Source of the DNA: Methanocellales archaeon
GTDB lineage: Archaea; Halobacteriota; JAWCLZ01
Reading direction: 5' to 3'
Assembly: GCA_038850285.1 (NCBI GenBank)
Contig: JAWCMA010000031.1
Location: forward strand, 1 to 12,010
DNA length: 12,010 nt
Positions 7,361-12,010 of this stretch are shown here, piece by piece. A program made the position numbers and the translations under genes. The first letter of the stretch is position 1; each line of letters begins with the position of its first letter. The notes below the pieces were generated by a model. That model had not been told where the DNA came from. It saw only the letters and a program-made list of their open reading frames with translations, and ran no database searches.

Positions 7361-7962
7361 GCAATGGAGAGAACTCCAAATAATATTAAAAAGACTCCGC
7401 AGCCTATTAATATCGCGCGATAGGTTTTTTGACTCATCAATTTTTTGCCCTTGCTGAATGAAGTTGAAACAAGTGTATACCAGCTTAAATCTGAGAACCA
7501 GTGGCCTATTACAAATGCACTTCCCACGGCTAGGCCTATCTCTAAGCCTCGAAGCACAAAGTGGTTGCCAACTGTAAGCCACCAGATCCAGAAAAATGGA
7601 TTTGAAATCGAGGTTAATATACCGGCGAAAACTGGGTTGGAAGTATTAATATCCCCGCGATCTAGCTTGGCGTTTTTGCTCCCTCTCAAGGTTAAAAAAC
7701 CAAATAAGCAAAGGGTTGCACCCCCTGCTAGGTATATATAGAATAAAGCAGAAGTGGTAATGAAGCTAGCGAGGCCGAATAAAATTACAGCTGCGACTAG
7801 AATTTCAATTAACACGTGGCCAAGCACCACCAGAGGCCCAGCGATCCAGCCTCTTTTGAGAGAGGCATCTATGGTTGCAAAAAGCACAGGTCCTGGGGAT
7901 AGAGCACCTGTGTAGCCTAATACAATGCCTGTGGTCAAGGAATATAGAATTTCAACTAGCAT
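7327..7962 (-). CDS. LysE-family translocator
   Basis: About six hydrophobic segments, GALSPGP in the N-half and SNPFFWIWW in the C-half; SD GAGG; 211 aa. Confidence 0.88.
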   Translation of the reverse strand: MLVEILYSLTTGIVLGYTGALSPGPVLFATIDASLKRGWIAGPLVVLGHVLIEILVAAVILFGLASFITTSALFYIYLAGGATLCLFGFLTLRGSKNAKLDRGDINTSNPVFAGILTSISNPFFWIWWLTVGNHFVLRGLEIGLAVGSAFVIGHWFSDLSWYTLVSTSFSKGKKLMSQKTYRAILIGCGVFLILFGVLSIAQSTITFILPE

Positions 7963-7982
7963 TTCAATGCCTCAAGTCTTGG

Positions 7983-8963
7983 CTAGCTTTGCTTTAATAA
8001 CTTTCGCATAAAGTAATAAATCAAAAGCGAGACCGCTGCTGGTGCAAACTCAAAACCTGGGGCTTGCTTTTCAACTACAACTAATGCTCTAGTTGAGATG
8101 TAGTCCTCTTTTTTGGCTTCTATGCTCACTGTGCCAGTTGCATTAAATCTATGGAATACAAATCCATTTTCATCTGTGAGGTAAAGTGAATCCTCAATTA
8201 TGACAGTTGCGCCCTCAACTGGCTTGCCATCTGCTTTTATGGTAATTTTATACTCTTTACCCTGGGATATAACAACTGGAGCCTCTATATCTAACTTCAT
8301 GATTTTACTGATATTTGAGCTGTAGATCTCCCCCTCGAATCTTATTTCCCCTGCTACCTTCACTCTATCGCCGGTGGTGAAGTTACCTAAAGTTGATGTG
8401 ATTTTAGCTGTAGATGTACCATCGCTTATAACTATCTTATAAAACTCATTTGCTCGAATAATTTGTTCAACTGTTCCTCTAACAACAATAGGCATGCCTT
8501 GAAACTCAGGGGAGGCGATCTGATAAAGCGCTAGGTGCAGGGGCGACTGAGGCATGGGCGGGCCAATTAATATCTCTATTTTACAGGTTTCATTCCTCAA
8601 TGTTAAATTAGCATCGAGATAGCTGACATTAATGGAAATGGTTTTTAAAGCCCCTGAATCGCCATCGGTTACATATAGATTCAGCACCCAGTTTGTTGAA
8701 CTAATTCGAGTTGGGTTGGAATTGAATTGCAATGAGCTATTTTCAAAGGAAACGTTTTCAATTCTAGCCGTACTCGAGGGTAGAATTACCACTAATGTGT
8801 AGTTTTCACCTCTATGCACAGATCTCACTTCCTCAGCTAGTGCGATGCCTCCGAATTTAAAGTCGTGTATCAAAAAACTATGAGCCACTTGAGCACTAGC
8901 TATGCTGAAGCTGAATATTAGAATTGGAAAAGCGATTAAAATTAAAATCCATCTTCTCGACAT
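7983..8963 (-). CDS. Secreted cell-surface glycoprotein with PGF-CTERM sorting signal, central OB-fold and C-terminal beta-sandwich (carboxypeptidase-regulatory-like) domain
   Basis: Signal peptide MSRRWILILIAFPILIFSFSIASA; OB-like IVVRGTV...ISDGT...GDRVKVAGEI; DGKPVEGATV...TDENG; C-terminal APGFE plus hydrophobic helix plus RK; nine N-x-S/T sequons. Confidence 0.8.
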   Translation of the reverse strand: MSRRWILILIAFPILIFSFSIASAQVAHSFLIHDFKFGGIALAEEVRSVHRGENYTLVVILPSSTARIENVSFENSSLQFNSNPTRISSTNWVLNLYVTDGDSGALKTISINVSYLDANLTLRNETCKIEILIGPPMPQSPLHLALYQIASPEFQGMPIVVRGTVEQIIRANEFYKIVISDGTSTAKITSTLGNFTTGDRVKVAGEIRFEGEIYSSNISKIMKLDIEAPVVISQGKEYKITIKADGKPVEGATVIIEDSLYLTDENGFVFHRFNATGTVSIEAKKEDYISTRALVVVEKQAPGFEFAPAAVSLLIYYFMRKLLKQS

Positions 8964-9028
8964 TTTCTCACATAATTATCAGCGGTTAAGATAAAAAATT
9001 ATCTAAAAACTTATGGTGAAAAAAATAT

Positions 9029-9943
9029 TTAATCTCCTCTTCCAATTTCAAGCATTCTATCCAGCGCTTGCTTGGCTTTACTTCTGATTTCCTCTGGAAC
9101 TTTCACTTCGAATTCCATTTTTTCTAGACAGCGCAGTACTTTCTCAAGAGTATTTCGCTTCATATTGGGGCATATCGCTTGCTTGGAAATGGGATAAAAT
9201 TTCTTCTCAGGATTCTCCCTCTTAAGTCTATCTATTAATCCTATTTCAGTTCCAATTAAAAACTCCCTTGCATTTGAGTTTCTCACGTGCTTCACCATGC
9301 CGCCAGTGCTATATACAAAATCTGCATTTGTAATTACCTCAGGCTTGCACTCTGGATGCACGAGCACTATTGCATCTGGATGTTCTTCTTTTGCCCAAAG
9401 CAAGTCTGCCAATGTAATTCGTTCGTGGGTCGGGCAATAGCCTTCCCAGGGTATTATTTGCTTCTCTTTGGTTTTCGAGGCAACATATGCAGCGAGATAT
9501 TTATCGGGAATGAAAATAATTTTCTGTTCTGGAAGGGAATTGACCACTTTTATCGCATTGGCAGAGGTGCAGCATATATCGCTTTCAGCTTTAACCGCAG
9601 CGCTTGTATTCACATAGCAAACCACAGCTGCGTCGAGGTGCTTTACTCTCTCCATTTTAAGCTGAGCCGGGGTTATCATAGCAGCCATTGGACAGCATGC
9701 CTTAGGATCTGGAACTAGAACTTTTTTATTAGGGCATAAAATTGCTGCGCTTTCAGCCATGAAATCAACGCCGCAGAAAACTATTACCTCTGCCTCGTGC
9801 ATTGCTGCCTTCTGACTTAATCCAAGGGAATCGCCCACGTAGTCTGCGATTTGCTGTACCTCAGGCAGTTGATAGTTATGCGCGAGTATAATGGCTCTCC
9901 TCTGAGCTTTAAGCTCAAGAATTCTTTGCTGAATTTCCTTCAA
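9029..9943 (-). CDS. nadA: Quinolinate synthase
   Basis: AHNYQ, GDSL, FCGVDFMAE, YVNTSA and HPEC motifs, plus three cluster cysteines (CPMA, CPTH, CPNMK); TTG start with GAGGGA SD. Confidence 0.96.
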   Translation of the reverse strand: MKEIQQRILELKAQRRAIILAHNYQLPEVQQIADYVGDSLGLSQKAAMHEAEVIVFCGVDFMAESAAILCPNKKVLVPDPKACCPMAAMITPAQLKMERVKHLDAAVVCYVNTSAAVKAESDICCTSANAIKVVNSLPEQKIIFIPDKYLAAYVASKTKEKQIIPWEGYCPTHERITLADLLWAKEEHPDAIVLVHPECKPEVITNADFVYSTGGMVKHVRNSNAREFLIGTEIGLIDRLKRENPEKKFYPISKQAICPNMKRNTLEKVLRCLEKMEFEVKVPEEIRSKAKQALDRMLEIGRGD

Positions 9944-9959
9944 GCTATTCCCTCATTCC

Positions 9960-10763
9960 TCATGTTCCAATTTGAACAGGCTCAGATATTCTTTTTAAAG
10001 TTGCGATTGCTGAGAGCACCGCGAGATAGCTTGTCCTAGGATTACAGGGCGAGGGGAGGTTTTTGATGAAAATCTCCACTTCCCCAAATCTTCCTTTGAT
10101 CTCCATCCTATGCAAATTTCTATCAAGTGAGGGATCCACTATTATCTTAACCTTAATTTGCTTGGAAGCAGTTAGGCTTAAGGTTGCAGCAACGTTTACA
10201 TTTGCAGGGAAAAATCTCACTGCTTCAGCAGCGGAGCCTTCGAATAACACTGTGGCTTGCTTGATCTTGCTTAGATCTATATTTCTCTCTTTAACATAGG
10301 GGGCATTGCTCAATGCAATAGGTGGTTTGATTACGGTTAAAGTTACACTTTCAACCTCTGCCAAGCTAGCGCCTTTAAGTCCATCTATACCTAGAACTGC
10401 TCCCGATGGGATATAGATTTTGCAGTTATTTTGCACCGCAAGTTTTTTTATCTCTTCAAAAAGTCTTTCATCTAAGAGTGCACCCACGCTCATAATCATA
10501 ATACTCCTCCCCTTTTTAAGAGCAGGTATTGCAATCTCGCGCACCGCTGCTTGAGAGGCAGCTTCAACGATTAGATCCGCGCTATCGAGCATTTCCTCGA
10601 GTTTTAAAACTCTAGGCTTGCTTTTCAATTTAGAAGCGAATTCCACTGCCATAGCCACATCTCTATCATATATAGCAGCTAATTCAGCATTTACCACACC
10701 TGAATCTATAGCTAGGCAGAGTTCTTTTCCAATCGCTCCTATTCCTACTATTCCAATTCTCAT
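9960..10763 (-). CDS. nadX: L-aspartate dehydrogenase
   Basis: GIVGIGAIG Rossmann motif, EAASQ, SVGAL, PSGA..GIDG, NVNVAA, N.H and NPRTSYLA; adjacent to nadA and nadC. Confidence 0.95.
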   Translation of the reverse strand: MRIGIVGIGAIGKELCLAIDSGVVNAELAAIYDRDVAMAVEFASKLKSKPRVLKLEEMLDSADLIVEAASQAAVREIAIPALKKGRSIMIMSVGALLDERLFEEIKKLAVQNNCKIYIPSGAVLGIDGLKGASLAEVESVTLTVIKPPIALSNAPYVKERNIDLSKIKQATVLFEGSAAEAVRFFPANVNVAATLSLTASKQIKVKIIVDPSLDRNLHRMEIKGRFGEVEIFIKNLPSPCNPRTSYLAVLSAIATLKRISEPVQIGT

Positions 10764-10778
10764 CTTTTCAACTCGATC

Positions 10779-10800
10779 AGAAAAATATTATAAATTGCAT
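10779..10800. promoter_or_regulatory. Divergent nadX/nadC promoter with one palindromic TATA core (TTATAA 10788-10793)
   Basis: 57-bp gap; TTATAAAT on plus and TTTATAAT on minus each begin about 31-33 nt before the respective ATG; neither gene has an obvious SD. Confidence 0.55.
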
Positions 10801-10820
10801 GAAGCATAAAAAGCTATCTA

Positions 10821-11642
10821 ATGCTAACCAACAGCGAAATTGAGCGCTTCTTTGAGGAAGATATGCAGTATGGAGATATTACTAGCGAGCTCATTCCTGA
10901 TAAAATAATTATAGCTGAGATCATTGCTCGAGAAAGCGGTGTGCTCGCTGGACTTGAAGAAGCAGTGAAGATCTTTCAATATTTTGGCTTGAAAACTGAA
11001 TCCAGAGCTAAAGATGGCAGTAAATTGAGGAAGGGAGAGGTGGTGCTTAGAATACGCGGGAGCTCTCGTAGGATTCTGCAGTGCGAGCGCCTTGCTTTGA
11101 ATTTCATAGGTAGAATGAGTGGCATAGCAACGCTTGCAAGTAAATATATCGCTAGAGCAAAGGGCGTGCGCATTGCTGGCACGCGAAAAACCACTCCTGG
11201 GTTTAGAAAGTTTGAGAAAAAAGCCTTAATGCTAGCTGGCTGCGATCCCCATCGCTATTGCTTGAGCGATGCAGTGCTCATTAAAAACAATCACATTGCA
11301 ATTGCTGGACTTGAAAATGCAGTTAAAAATGCAAGGCAAAAAGCAAGTTTTACCAAGAAAATCGAAGTTGAGGTGGAAAGCGTGGAAGATGCAGTTAAAG
11401 CAGCGAAGCTAGGTGTTGATATAATCATGTTTGACAACATGCCCCCTGGGGAGATCAAGAGAGCAATAACTGAGCTTGAGAAATTAAGGCTGAGGGAGTG
11501 CTTGATCCTCGAGGCCTCAGGTGGAATTACCCTTGATAACTTAGCGAGCTATGCAAAAACCGGGGTTGATGTGCTCTCAATTGGAGCATTGATCCACTCC
11601 TCGCCTTGGTTAAACTTTAGTTTACGGGCACGAATGCGGTAA
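10821..11642 (+). CDS. nadC: Quinolinate phosphoribosyltransferase (decarboxylating)
   Basis: ERLALN..GRMSGIAT, TRKTTPG, HR..LSD, EVEVE, IMFDN, EASGGI and S.GAL.HS motifs. Confidence 0.95.
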   Translation: MLTNSEIERFFEEDMQYGDITSELIPDKIIIAEIIARESGVLAGLEEAVKIFQYFGLKTESRAKDGSKLRKGEVVLRIRGSSRRILQCERLALNFIGRMSGIATLASKYIARAKGVRIAGTRKTTPGFRKFEKKALMLAGCDPHRYCLSDAVLIKNNHIAIAGLENAVKNARQKASFTKKIEVEVESVEDAVKAAKLGVDIIMFDNMPPGEIKRAITELEKLRLRECLILEASGGITLDNLASYAKTGVDVLSIGALIHSSPWLNFSLRARMR

Positions 11643-11678
11643 TTTTTAAATATCACGAATTAGATTATGATCGCGATT

Positions 11679-12010
11679 ATGGCGATTATGCGGCCTTCAA
11701 AGATAGACTATTATTTAAATATCGCTCGAGAAGTGGCTCAGCGTGCCACTTGCTTGAGGAGAAGATTTGGAGCAGTCATAGTGAGAGAGGATCAAATAAT
11801 TAGCACTGGATACGTTGGCTCGCCAAGGGGGACGAAGAACTGCATAGATCTAGGCGAGTGCCCTAGGGAAAAAGCAAATATCCCAGCGGGAGAGCGCTAT
11901 GAACTATGTCGCGCGGTCCACGCGGAGCAGAATGCAATTATAAATGCAGCTAGAGCTGGGGTTAGCGTGCTCAATGGCACTCTCTATCTATATGGTGAAA
12001 ATGTGAAGGA
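11679..12010 (+). CDS. dCMP deaminase / ComEB-family zinc deaminase, N-terminal part (3'-truncated; absent from the ORF track)
   Basis: MAIMRPSKIDYYLNIAREVAQRATCLRRRFGAVIVREDQIISTGYVGSPRGTKNC...ELCRAVHAEQNAIINAA. In-frame ATGs at 11667, 11679 and 11688; TATA TTTAAATA at 11645-11652 favours one of the latter two. Confidence 0.9.
   Translation, partial: MAIMRPSKIDYYLNIAREVAQRATCLRRRFGAVIVREDQIISTGYVGSPRGTKNCIDLGECPREKANIPAGERYELCRAVHAEQNAIINAARAGVSVLNGTLYLYGENVK

Noticed and set aside
5252-7741. ORFs 5252-5551, 6263-6679, 6772-7068, 7331-7582 and 7445-7741
   Set aside because: Antisense or alternative-frame shadows of rpl10, rpl1, carbonic anhydrase and LysE.
9287-11194. ORFs 9287-9718, 9851-10039, 10063-10299, 10618-10809 and 10976-11194
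   Set aside because: Antisense shadows of nadA, nadX and nadC.
1-12010. CRISPR array, tRNA, rRNA, SRP RNA, TPP riboswitch or IS element
   Set aside because: No regularly spaced repeats, cloverleaf, long GC-rich structured segment, TPP core motif in a non-coding region, transposase or terminal inverted repeats were seen by eye.

Overview
Archaeal chromosomal window, most consistent with a non-halophilic member of Halobacteriota (SRP19, aL1-aP0-aP1 stalk operon, PGF-CTERM surface protein, NadX-type NAD synthesis, BRE/TATA promoters). It is mostly housekeeping. In order: the 3' end of a ThiC-family radical SAM gene, about 730 bp of AT-rich spacer with possible decayed gene fragments, a PHP-family phosphoesterase, sucC-sucD-srp19, a rubredoxin missed by the ORF track, rpl1-rpl10-rpl12 without rpl11, a bacterial-type beta-carbonic anhydrase, a LysE-family transporter, a PGF-CTERM glycoprotein with an extracellular OB-fold, nadX-nadA divergent from nadC, and the 5' part of a dCMP-deaminase-family gene. 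I see no mobile element, CRISPR array, tRNA or rRNA, and I cannot support a wholly new multi-gene system. The most interesting signals are: a uL1-binding leader that has a second, mutually exclusive fold; a single palindromic TATA element placed to drive two divergent leaderless nad transcripts; a 7-codon bridging mini-ORF between nadX and nadA; and the uncharacterised OB-fold surface protein plus LysE pair. All family calls come from motif recognition, not database searches.
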